A stretch of 64,000 nt of DNA from positions 11,743-75,742 of IMG/VR virus record IMGVR_UViG_3300045996_003052. One strand, given 5' to 3'. The notes beneath the pieces were generated by a model. It saw nothing but the letters and a program-made list of their open reading frames with translations. It was not told where the DNA came from and made no database searches. Source of the DNA: a virus. The position numbers were made by a program, and so were the translations under genes. Of the stretch, positions 40,012 to 49,100 are shown one piece after another; position 1 is the first letter of the stretch, and each line of letters begins with the position of its first letter.

Positions 40012-40506
40012 TCAATGTTGCTGTCTTAGAAGGTAGGTGTTCATCGCTTCAATTAAGCGGTCAATCTTTCGATCCTGTGCGCGCAGCCGTGCGCTCATCT
40101 CCGAGGTTTGTTTCACCGAGACAGCCGAGAGATCCTTCGTTTCCTCGACCGCGACCGCGCGATCGTAATTCGTGGTTGCATTTAATTCTTGCCACGCTTC
40201 AATATTCTGAAGCCTATTATGGATGTCTTCATGCTGCTTACGCATGAGTTCGGTCCGCTTTGCAAATTCGGCTAGGTCTGCAGTTGTCTGTTGGAACCGG
40301 CCTCCTGCGAGAAAAATCATGAGAATGACCCATAAGATGCGGTCAAGCGTAATATTTCGAGAAAGCCATTCAGTTAACGTTGACCCATTCTTCTTTAGTG
40401 CCTGAAGGCCGATGTTATGTCGAATGGCGTCGTCAACAACAGCGTGCAGCCAACGCTCCTGCTCTTCTTGGTTACGTCGATCTGGATTGTCGGGTTTCTC
40501 AGTCAA
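40012..40506 (-). CDS. Single-TM coiled-coil protein
   Basis: ILWVILMIFLAGG followed by a coiled coil. Confidence 0.6.
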   Translation of the reverse strand: MTEKPDNPDRRNQEEQERWLHAVVDDAIRHNIGLQALKKNGSTLTEWLSRNITLDRILWVILMIFLAGGRFQQTTADLAEFAKRTELMRKQHEDIHNRLQNIEAWQELNATTNYDRAVAVEETKDLSAVSVKQTSEMSARLRAQDRKIDRLIEAMNTYLLRQQH

Positions 40507-40530
40507 GACAACCTCGCGAAATATTTCTAT

Positions 40531-43500
40531 TCATGTCGCAACCCTTACCATGTCCCAGGCCGTCAAAATTATCTGCTCCTCACCAAGGTTTGGGTTGATG
40601 AGGTGCCGCAGAATGAGAACTTGTGACTCCGACGCAGGGCGCAAACTGTTCCAATGGTCTACAAGTATCCGATCGCCAAGTTCATCATGCAGCGCCGTTA
40701 AATCTTGAGACGGCATTGGTATAGAGTAATGAATAGGCGCTTTTCGGTAACAGCTAATAAAGTTTGACATCGCGGCTAGCGCTGTTGCAGGGTCCCTCGT
40801 ACAATACAGCTGTAACGTCTCCGTCGGTTCATAAACTCTTCGTTGACCTTGAGTTCCATGAGCTTGCTGCGACGGAATGTCCTCAACAGGCCCTTGGTCT
40901 AATACCCTAAACTGCCGTAGGTCTGTGTCCCAATCAAAGTCGTAATATAGCCGATTTACGCGTTGTGAAGGAACCGGTGTTCCTTGCGGTAACGATTCTA
41001 GGTTATAAGGGAACTTATAGAGTCGCCCGGTGGTTAACGAAGCAGTCGTATACGGTAGTACAGGGAATGGTTGACCGAAATGATTTACCCCCATCAATGC
41101 GCCAAACGTTGAAAAGAATCGGCGAATAAATTCGCGAAGCGTCATAGGCTCGTCAATGCACCAGGCGCCTAAAAAGCCAATATCGTTACCTATTAAAGTT
41201 TTAGAAATTTGTTGCGCGCGTTCGTACATTGTAGTTTGGAGCACTGGTCGACTATCTACGTATGTTTCAAGGGTGTGCATGTCCCCGCGCCGATAACCCT
41301 TGCCCCTATCCTTAAAAACGAACTCGTTAAAAAACAGTTGGAGCTGGTAGAAAGCTTGCGTAACTACCAAATTGTTCGTGCCGCGATAACCGCAAACGTT
41401 AAACGCAATCGTGACGGTTTCATCAATGTGGTGCTGCAGCCTAGGTCCCCGGATTAAAGCTGCGGTAAACCGAAACACCTCCCCATCCGAGTTTGCCTTC
41501 TCAATCCATGGGTTGGGAAACGGCCACTGCGGACTAGTCGGTAAAATGTACTCTACGCCTTCAAGGGACGGGTCCATTGGCGCCCGCGTCGGTTGTGCCT
41601 CAGGTGCCAGGTTTGAGGCATATGGGGTATCCTTAATCGTAACTTCACCAATGGACACCACGATCATCCCCCAATAATCATCAACGGTACCAGAAACGGC
41701 CGTTGACTCAATCGGCGGGCTATAGCTCTTCGCGTGGTCTACGTCTGTAGTAGTCGGCGTTGGCGCTGGTTTCGCGCCATCGTTATAGTACGCGCGGTCG
41801 GGTTGCGTAGTACCTTGTCCGTATCCGTAATACGATTCATCTAGCCAGCTGGTAGGTGGACTTGTGTATCGCCCCCACCAGCGAACTTTGTTTTCGTCAT
41901 TGGGTCCGGCGTCAAAATCGCACCGCATCTTTACGTAGTTACTCAAACCCAACGCAGCGTCTGTTGGGGCGTTCCGCACGACTAAAACGTCAGAAACGCG
42001 CGACTCGCCGTAAGGCGTAATGACGGACGCAAAAAAATACCTTGTTTGATCGCCTTCAGGGCCTACAAGTTCGTATTGAAGGTTACTGGGTGGTGGAACC
42101 ATGGGCGGTGGTGTTGGGTCAATCTCACCGCCACCACCGATGCGATACATCCCAGTATATTTCCCTGGAATCAAACCCTTATCTGCTCGCAAACCATCAG
42201 CTGACTTAGACCCTACGTCGTTATGTTCGCCTAAAACAATAGGGTAATATAGCACTGAATCTTCAGGTAAATTTTCGTGCTCGTCACCAATCGGGATCGC
42301 CAAGTCCCGCTCCAAGTTAAACGCGGAGAACTCAGAACCTATAATGTCGATGACCTCGAACGACACGATGCGTTCGTCGAGCAGCTGCGGGTGACCCGCT
42401 AAAATTCCCCTGAAGACCGTCCACGGTTCTAGGCCAGCCTCCAAGCCCTCGTCCGACAGCAGTAGGATGTCGCCCTCCCAGCCATCCCAGTACGACGTCT
42501 CCTCATCAGTCAGGAGTCCTCTGATAAGGCCGTCTTCGTCTGATACTACCACGGTTATCCTGGTGACCTCGAACGCGCCGTTCGGCGTGGAGAGCGCCCG
42601 ATCAATTTGCGAAATACTAATCAGGCGATCTTCCTTCCAGGAACCCGGCAGTGACTTGGGCTGGTACGACCACTCGAAAATGTCGGTACCAGCCGACATA
42701 GGGTTACGTTCAGCCCGTAATCTAAACCAGAAATTCGGACGTTTGGGGGTGGGCGGCGCTGATGGCGACGGTGAAGTGCTAGCTGATGGTGACACCGACG
42801 CAGATGGTGTTGGTGACGGCGACGGGGACCTTGACGGCGAAGCGCTAGCTGAGGGTGAGATCGACTGCGATGGCGAGACCGAGGGTGAAAGGCTAGGCGA
42901 TAACGAAGCGGAAGGCGACCTCGAGGGCGATGGTGACTCGGAGGCAGACGGCGACTGTGATGCTGAAGGTGAAGGAGTCGGCGATGGCGAAGCCGAGGGC
43001 GACAGGGAGGCTGACTGGGAGATGCTCGCGCTTGGCGATTGTGACGGCGACTGTGACGCTGAGGGCGACTTTGAGGCGCTTGGTGACTCAGACGCCGATG
43101 GCGATTCAGAGGCCGACGGAGAAAGAGACGGAGACGGCGTTGGCGATGGCGACGCAGAGGGCGATAAGGACGCCGAGGGTGAAGTAGACTTTGACGCAGA
43201 CGGCGACTTAGACGCCGAGGGCGACTTCGACGCGCTAGGAGACTTTGACGCCGACGTTGAAGGAGACTTTGACGCCGACGGTGACTTAGACGCGCTAGGA
43301 GAAATCGAGGGGGAAGAACTAGCTGACGGCGAAATTGATGCCGATGGTGAGCTACCAGAAATACCAGCTGCTACGTAGCCAACAAAGGCCGCGACACCAT
43401 CAGCGGTATCCGCTACTATAGTAAATCCGCCGCTATCAAACGATTGAAGGTCGTGTTCTGCGACAATTGCCGTAGCATCGTTTTGGTCAAGAAAGACAAC

Positions 43501-44562
43501 TACCTGGTCGTGCGATACGGCCGTTCCAGCCGTTACGTCGGCGGTGGCGTCGGCGTCAGAAGTAGCGTGGGCACCGCGTTGTGTCGTAGAACTAGCGGCC
43601 CCCATGCTCCATTCGTCAGTGGATGACGGCGTATCGCTAGCAGATTCCGCTCGGTGTGCGGAAACACAAAGCAATGCGTTAGGTTGAAACCCAAACCCCG
43701 AGGGTGCCGTCGTACCTCCGCCAGTAGTTGGAGTTGTAAAGTTACCAACTTTCCAATTTCCGCCTTTAATGGCAAGGTAAAGATACGGTCTATTTGTAAG
43801 CGTGCGTTCAGCGTAGTTTAGACGGAATCCGTTAACTAGCATCGACGTAATCGATGCCCGTACGTTTATTACGGAAACCGTTGAATTATGCATCGCGATC
43901 ACGCCGCCGGAGCGCATATACGATGCTGTATTCGCCGCCGCTACGTTGCCACCTTGGCTACCGCTCGCACAAACCCATTGGTTAAGTGCCCCGTCACAGG
44001 CACCTATCATCAACAGACCTGTACCTGTGGGGGCTGGAAGCGTGGCACTTGCAACGTTACCAGCTCCGAGTAGCAGCACTAAGTCGGGTTGAAAACCTGG
44101 GGCGGTAACGTCAACGTCACCAGTTGCCGCAGGTTCGAGGGTAATTCCGACAGCTAAGTTAGTGATGGCACCGGCTAAGGCGAGGTAGTGGATTCGCTGG
44201 TCCCTAGGAAACGCGTCGATAACTTCTAAGGTAAAGCCACCGGCATCAAACGATTTTAGGCGCGCGGAACCATCGATGGTAGTCGTGAAACTAACAGAAA
44301 CAACGCACCCTTCATCGGTCTGCGCGGCGTTTGAATCGGTAGCGGTATTGCCGTCATCAGAGTTTGAACAAATCGCGTAATTAGACCCAACCCCGATAGT
44401 CCAGCCGATATGTCGAAATATATCCTCACCGCCGACGGCGTCAGACGTTTCGGTACGGCCGGAAGACCAAAAAATTACGCAAGTCGGCTGAAATCCTAGA
44501 CCCGCGACGACAATGTCGCTTGTACCAGTGCCTGTATTGAACGACCCAACGCGGCTACTCAT
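40531..44562 (-). CDS. Tail tip/hub protein with an N-terminal adhesin-like domain and a ~200-aa Ser/Pro linker
   Basis: Three GFQP-containing repeats at the N-terminus; SPSAS tract at ~42758-43360; position downstream of the TMP. Confidence 0.75.
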   Translation of the reverse strand: MSSRVGSFNTGTGTSDIVVAGLGFQPTCVIFWSSGRTETSDAVGGEDIFRHIGWTIGVGSNYAICSNSDDGNTATDSNAAQTDEGCVVSVSFTTTIDGSARLKSFDAGGFTLEVIDAFPRDQRIHYLALAGAITNLAVGITLEPAATGDVDVTAPGFQPDLVLLLGAGNVASATLPAPTGTGLLMIGACDGALNQWVCASGSQGGNVAAANTASYMRSGGVIAMHNSTVSVINVRASITSMLVNGFRLNYAERTLTNRPYLYLAIKGGNWKVGNFTTPTTGGGTTAPSGFGFQPNALLCVSAHRAESASDTPSSTDEWSMGAASSTTQRGAHATSDADATADVTAGTAVSHDQVVVFLDQNDATAIVAEHDLQSFDSGGFTIVADTADGVAAFVGYVAAGISGSSPSASISPSASSSPSISPSASKSPSASKSPSTSASKSPSASKSPSASKSPSASKSTSPSASLSPSASPSPTPSPSLSPSASESPSASESPSASKSPSASQSPSQSPSASISQSASLSPSASPSPTPSPSASQSPSASESPSPSRSPSASLSPSLSPSVSPSQSISPSASASPSRSPSPSPTPSASVSPSASTSPSPSAPPTPKRPNFWFRLRAERNPMSAGTDIFEWSYQPKSLPGSWKEDRLISISQIDRALSTPNGAFEVTRITVVVSDEDGLIRGLLTDEETSYWDGWEGDILLLSDEGLEAGLEPWTVFRGILAGHPQLLDERIVSFEVIDIIGSEFSAFNLERDLAIPIGDEHENLPEDSVLYYPIVLGEHNDVGSKSADGLRADKGLIPGKYTGMYRIGGGGEIDPTPPPMVPPPSNLQYELVGPEGDQTRYFFASVITPYGESRVSDVLVVRNAPTDAALGLSNYVKMRCDFDAGPNDENKVRWWGRYTSPPTSWLDESYYGYGQGTTQPDRAYYNDGAKPAPTPTTTDVDHAKSYSPPIESTAVSGTVDDYWGMIVVSIGEVTIKDTPYASNLAPEAQPTRAPMDPSLEGVEYILPTSPQWPFPNPWIEKANSDGEVFRFTAALIRGPRLQHHIDETVTIAFNVCGYRGTNNLVVTQAFYQLQLFFNEFVFKDRGKGYRRGDMHTLETYVDSRPVLQTTMYERAQQISKTLIGNDIGFLGAWCIDEPMTLREFIRRFFSTFGALMGVNHFGQPFPVLPYTTASLTTGRLYKFPYNLESLPQGTPVPSQRVNRLYYDFDWDTDLRQFRVLDQGPVEDIPSQQAHGTQGQRRVYEPTETLQLYCTRDPATALAAMSNFISCYRKAPIHYSIPMPSQDLTALHDELGDRILVDHWNSLRPASESQVLILRHLINPNLGEEQIILTAWDMVRVAT

Positions 44563-45425
44563 GATATCCAGGACTCGGGATCAATGAGGTCGGGAGCCAT
44601 TGGTACTGTGCCCAGACCGTCACAAGTAGGGTACCAAGTAGGGTCGGTAGCGATTGGCAAATTTCCAACAACTCCGGTAGTATCATCGTCGCGTTTCGCT
44701 GCGTTCGTACCGTCGCTACAGCACTCCGTAGAACTAACTACCGTAGATTCAGGCAAGCTTGTAGTTGGAGCCGCTGAGGGTGACGCCGAGGACGACGGTG
44801 ACTTTGACGCTGACGGTGACTTTGACGCTGACGGTGATTTTGACGCCGAAGGGGACCGCGTTGGGGAAGGGGACGCCGACGGCGAACCTGATGCGGATGG
44901 CGACTTTGACGGCGATCCGCCAATCGACGCATACTCCCACTGCACGCGAACAGTAAACCCCTGAATTTGAAATGTTCGGTGGCTGCTGGAAAACAAGACG
45001 TTCCCGTTTATTACCTTTACGACGGTACCCCAACGGTAAGAAAAAACTTCTGCCCTAGTAAACGGTACTCCCGACCATGGGTTATAGTGCTGATACGGCG
45101 GCACCCATAGATAATTTAGGCGTCCGTAATCCTGACAAGAAATTTCATTATCGCCGTAACCCTCTCCCGCAACATCGACGCTTTCTGCGTCAACAGACAC
45201 CGTCGGTGCGAGGCAAAAGTTAGAAAAATTTACAGGAATGTACCCGGGAACAAAGGAGCCTGCGCAGAGCGTCATGCCAAGACCCGTAATAATGGCGTCG
45301 ACAGGAACGTCTCCGTAGTCAGGCAACGTATAGGTGACGTAGTCCCAGGTCTTGATCTCTTCCGGCGCCATTGTTTGCGAAGGAACTTCTACGCCAACGG
45401 CAACGGGGATGTCGGTAAAAGGCAT
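44559..45425 (-). CDS. Tail protein with Ser/Pro linker
   Basis: SPSASK repeats at ~44770-44920. Confidence 0.65.
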   Translation of the reverse strand: MPFTDIPVAVGVEVPSQTMAPEEIKTWDYVTYTLPDYGDVPVDAIITGLGMTLCAGSFVPGYIPVNFSNFCLAPTVSVDAESVDVAGEGYGDNEISCQDYGRLNYLWVPPYQHYNPWSGVPFTRAEVFSYRWGTVVKVINGNVLFSSSHRTFQIQGFTVRVQWEYASIGGSPSKSPSASGSPSASPSPTRSPSASKSPSASKSPSASKSPSSSASPSAAPTTSLPESTVVSSTECCSDGTNAAKRDDDTTGVVGNLPIATDPTWYPTCDGLGTVPMAPDLIDPESWIS

Positions 45426-46162
45426 TAGGCGTTATTCCACTCGATGCGGGCAAATTCTAGAAAGTTTAAGGTTATATCATAAGTTTCAGGATTCTGCTTC
45501 ACAAAGTCGAACCCAAGAAACTTAACAACGAAGCAGTCGTTTATCTCCAGGTCTGGCACAATGACTGAAGGTTTAACGCCGTTATAGGTCTGTTCCTCCC
45601 AAAGCTGAATAGCTTCATACTGCGCCTTAGTGACGGTAACGTCAAAGCTGTGGCGCCAACGGTTTTGTCGCGGGCTATAACCCGGCACGCTGCTCCAGCC
45701 CTGGGGAGAAGTCACGTGGTATTCTTTCACGCGACGGCCACCGGGCTTCGTACCACGCGTTAGTTCAAGCGCTTGGCCAGCAAACACCTCGCCAATAGTT
45801 ACGGGGTTGGAGTTTGCTGTGACTGAAAATACTAAGCTTGAAACTGCCGCCAGGGAGACTGATGTCCAAGGGTTTTTACAAATATTGTCTCCTCGCCGAT
45901 TAACTACGAGGTTAGCTGACACACCGCCGCTAACCGCGATAGTCTGGCCATTGTCAAGGTTACAGTTAGAAACTGCCACAAAATTAACGTTACCAGAACC
46001 GGTAACCGTCCACGCGTTAGTGCCGCTGGTCGCTCGCGCGGGTCGCCCGGGACGTCCGTCGGTTAACCAAGAGCGTTGGTGCTTTGGGTCAATGGTTCCG
46101 CCAGAAACTGTGGCATAAAGAGTAACCATGTTACCCGGTGGAAGGTACAGAAAGAGTGCCAT
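45425..46162 (-). CDS. Distal-tail-like protein
   Basis: Immediately after the TMP; ends YDITLNFLE. Confidence 0.55.
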   Translation of the reverse strand: MALFLYLPPGNMVTLYATVSGGTIDPKHQRSWLTDGRPGRPARATSGTNAWTVTGSGNVNFVAVSNCNLDNGQTIAVSGGVSANLVVNRRGDNICKNPWTSVSLAAVSSLVFSVTANSNPVTIGEVFAGQALELTRGTKPGGRRVKEYHVTSPQGWSSVPGYSPRQNRWRHSFDVTVTKAQYEAIQLWEEQTYNGVKPSVIVPDLEINDCFVVKFLGFDFVKQNPETYDITLNFLEFARIEWNNA

Positions 46163-49100
46163 TACCGCCGTACCCCGCGAACAAGCGACTCGAAGTGTTC
46201 GTAGGTTTTACCACCGTCATGCACCGCGCCAAGTACCCCAGGCGCAAGTTTCTTCTTAATCATCTCGATTTCTTCGCCCAGGGTAAAGGTCTTAATATTC
46301 ATATCACCGTTCCAAACCATCCCAGCGCCTTGAATTGCAGTCTGCCGCGCGATGCTGTCAGATTGTTCAAGTACCCTGTTAATACCTAGCTTATCCGCCG
46401 TAAACTCAGGGGCAAGTTCGGGCACGAGCTTCATGCGATTGATGAGGGAGTCCATGGCCAAGGAGCCATCCCTCGCGAACGCCAGCATATCTTTGCGTGA
46501 CTTATTTAACAGGGGTGACCATTCCTTTAGTCCACCTGGAGAGCTCCCAAAGGAAACCCCGTCAACCGCTGCCTGAGCATCCCTAGCGGCATCAACGGCG
46601 GCGTCTCCCCAGTCCTGCCACTGCCCCTCGGCACGGTCGAGGGCACCAGAGACATCCTTAACTTTGCGGTGCGCCTCCTCAGCGGCCTGGGCCGCTCTCT
46701 TGGCCTGAATCTCTGCCTCATTACCCATCTTCTTCCAAGCTTCAGGAAGATCGCCGCCAACCGCCTTAATAATGGCTCCAAGACCCTCCATCAGGATGTC
46801 GTTGGTCGTAATCTGCTTATCCTTTATGATGCCCTCCTCGCGGGCTTGGGCGATAAGCTTCGCGGTCTCGTCGTCGATCACCTCACCGCGTTCCTCGTGG
46901 GCGAGGATAACGGACTCAAGGAAGCCCTTCATCTGTTGGAGCGACTCACTCTCGGTAAAGCCGGCGGCCTTCAGCTTCGCGTAAGTCTCCAGGCCCTGGG
47001 CTTGGAGGTCAGCAAACCCTTCCGCGTCAAGCGCGCGGAGGTTAATGGACGCCACCAAGATGTCATTCAGGCCCTGGGCCTGCTCAAGCAGCGGGCGATT
47101 AATCTCAACCAGCTCACGCCAACGCTTCAGCTTATCAAATGCCTTGCTGCCATTCAGCCCGAGAATTTCCTGTACTTTTGCAAGCTTGTCAACCGAGGCA
47201 CCAATCGCGTCGATGGCCTCAACGGGAGATTTTCCTTCAGCGACCATCGCGTTGAAAGTGCGTAATGTGATTCGGTTAAGCCTGTCGAACTCAACTTGGC
47301 CCTCCTTAGCGATCTTATCAAGTTGCTCAGCCGCCTCTTTTTGCGTCTGCGACAAACCCTTAAATTGGTGTTGAAGGGTCTTAAGCTTCTCCTCAAGTTG
47401 AGAAAGATTCTCACGCTGCTTTCGCGTCAGCTCCCCGAGCTTGTCCTTATCTTTCAGGTCCTTTATCTCGGCCTCAAGCAGGAAGATTTCCTTCGTAAGC
47501 CCCTTAACGTAGTTTCCACCAGTCTTAAAGGCGTCTTCCCCGGCCTTACCAAACAAGCCACCCTCTAGGTTAGCATTGGCGGAGTTAGCCGCCTCGCCAA
47601 GCTTAATAATCTTATCAGCAAAACCGTCAATAACCTTAGTTGTGCCCCCAGCAAGTTTCGTCACCTGGGCATCGAGCAGGTCGGTAACCGCTTGGATCTC
47701 TAGGCCCTCGCGCTTTGTAAGGTCAATAAGCTCGCGGAACTGGCTGTTCCACATTCCGCCGGCCTTCTCAAAGGTCTTAGCGAGGTCAGGGATAACCTCG
47801 TTAAGGGACTTCGCCGCCTCCTCGGAGGTAATGATGCCGCGTTCAAGGAAAACAAATAGGTCGCGTGTTTTCGCAATCCACTTATTGACGTTGGCCGTAG
47901 TGACGCCGCCAGCTTCTTCAATAACCGCCTTAAGGTGTAACCCGGTAGCAGCCATTCGGTCGCCGAGACGTTTCGCGTCGGCTGTAATCTTATCGATCAA
48001 TCCATCGGAGAACGCTTGCCCGTACTCGCGGCCAAGGTCCGCGGCGACCTTCTTCTCCATCGACGGCCCAGTAAACAACCTCTTAATGCCCTTGGCAATG
48101 GGTCCAGCAAGCATACCAATGATGGGCCCAATAAGTGGAATCATGTTAAGCACGCCTCTAGCAATTCCACCTAGCAGTCCTGCTTTTGAAGCAATTCCAC
48201 CGCCCGCGGAGCCGCCTGTTAAGGCGTCGCTCATTTTCTTACCAAGGCCACCGCCCTCCATGCTAAATAATTTTGGTCCAAGAACGTTACCAATAGCCGC
48301 GCTGATGGTGTTCATTACGTTGCCGCCGCCGGAAAACGCACTGAGTAGCGCTTGCGGTAACGTTTTAGTGAGTTCCGTAATAGTAGAACCCCACGTACTT
48401 TTAACCTTATCAGTAGCAGCGACGTGGGCTCTACCAATTGCTGAAGCCGCCTCCATCCACTCTGTTTCAAAACCCTGAACCATAGGGCCAAGCTTAGCCA
48501 TGGCCTCTTCGTATTCAGTGTCAAGCAGCGCTAGCCGGTCTTCTCGGCCATTATCCATCAGCTTAAAGTACTTTTTATCAAATTCAGTCTTTAAGCTAAG
48601 CATTCTTTCCTGAACTTCACCCATCTTTGTGATATGGGCCTCGAGGTCCTCGTTGCCCTGCTTGATGTTCGCCAAAGTCTCGCGGTACGCGCGGAACGAG
48701 TCAGACCAAGACGCCACCATCGCCGGTACCTTCAAATTAAACGCGTGGGACCGGTCATTGGCGTCTTGGATGGCCGCACCGAATTCGCGCAGTACTTCTT
48801 CAAACGGAATATCCTTAGGTAAAAGTTGTAAAACGCGTTCAAGATTTTCAACGTTCTTAATGAACTTATCGCGTACAGGTAACGCCTTCTCCATGGCGTC
48901 AACCCAGCGGTTAATTGAGTCAGGAACAGCAGTACCAAATACCTGGGACCGATTGCTAACGTCGGTAATTGCGGCGCCGTATTCCTTAATAACGGTGGCA
49001 GCAGGTACCCCATTCTTTTCCGCCATTTCCAAGGCGGCGGCAAGTTCTGCAGTTTTCTTAAGCAGCGCGTCCCGCTGCTTGCTACCGGCCTCAAGCGTCT

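Noticed and set aside
42467-43378. Asp/Gly/Ala-repeat ORFs on the + strand (also 44584-44964) and the Arg-rich ORF 62912-63901
   Set aside because: These are shadow frames of the Ser/Pro repeats; the Ser/Pro frame is continuous with the flanking structural domains and matches operon direction.
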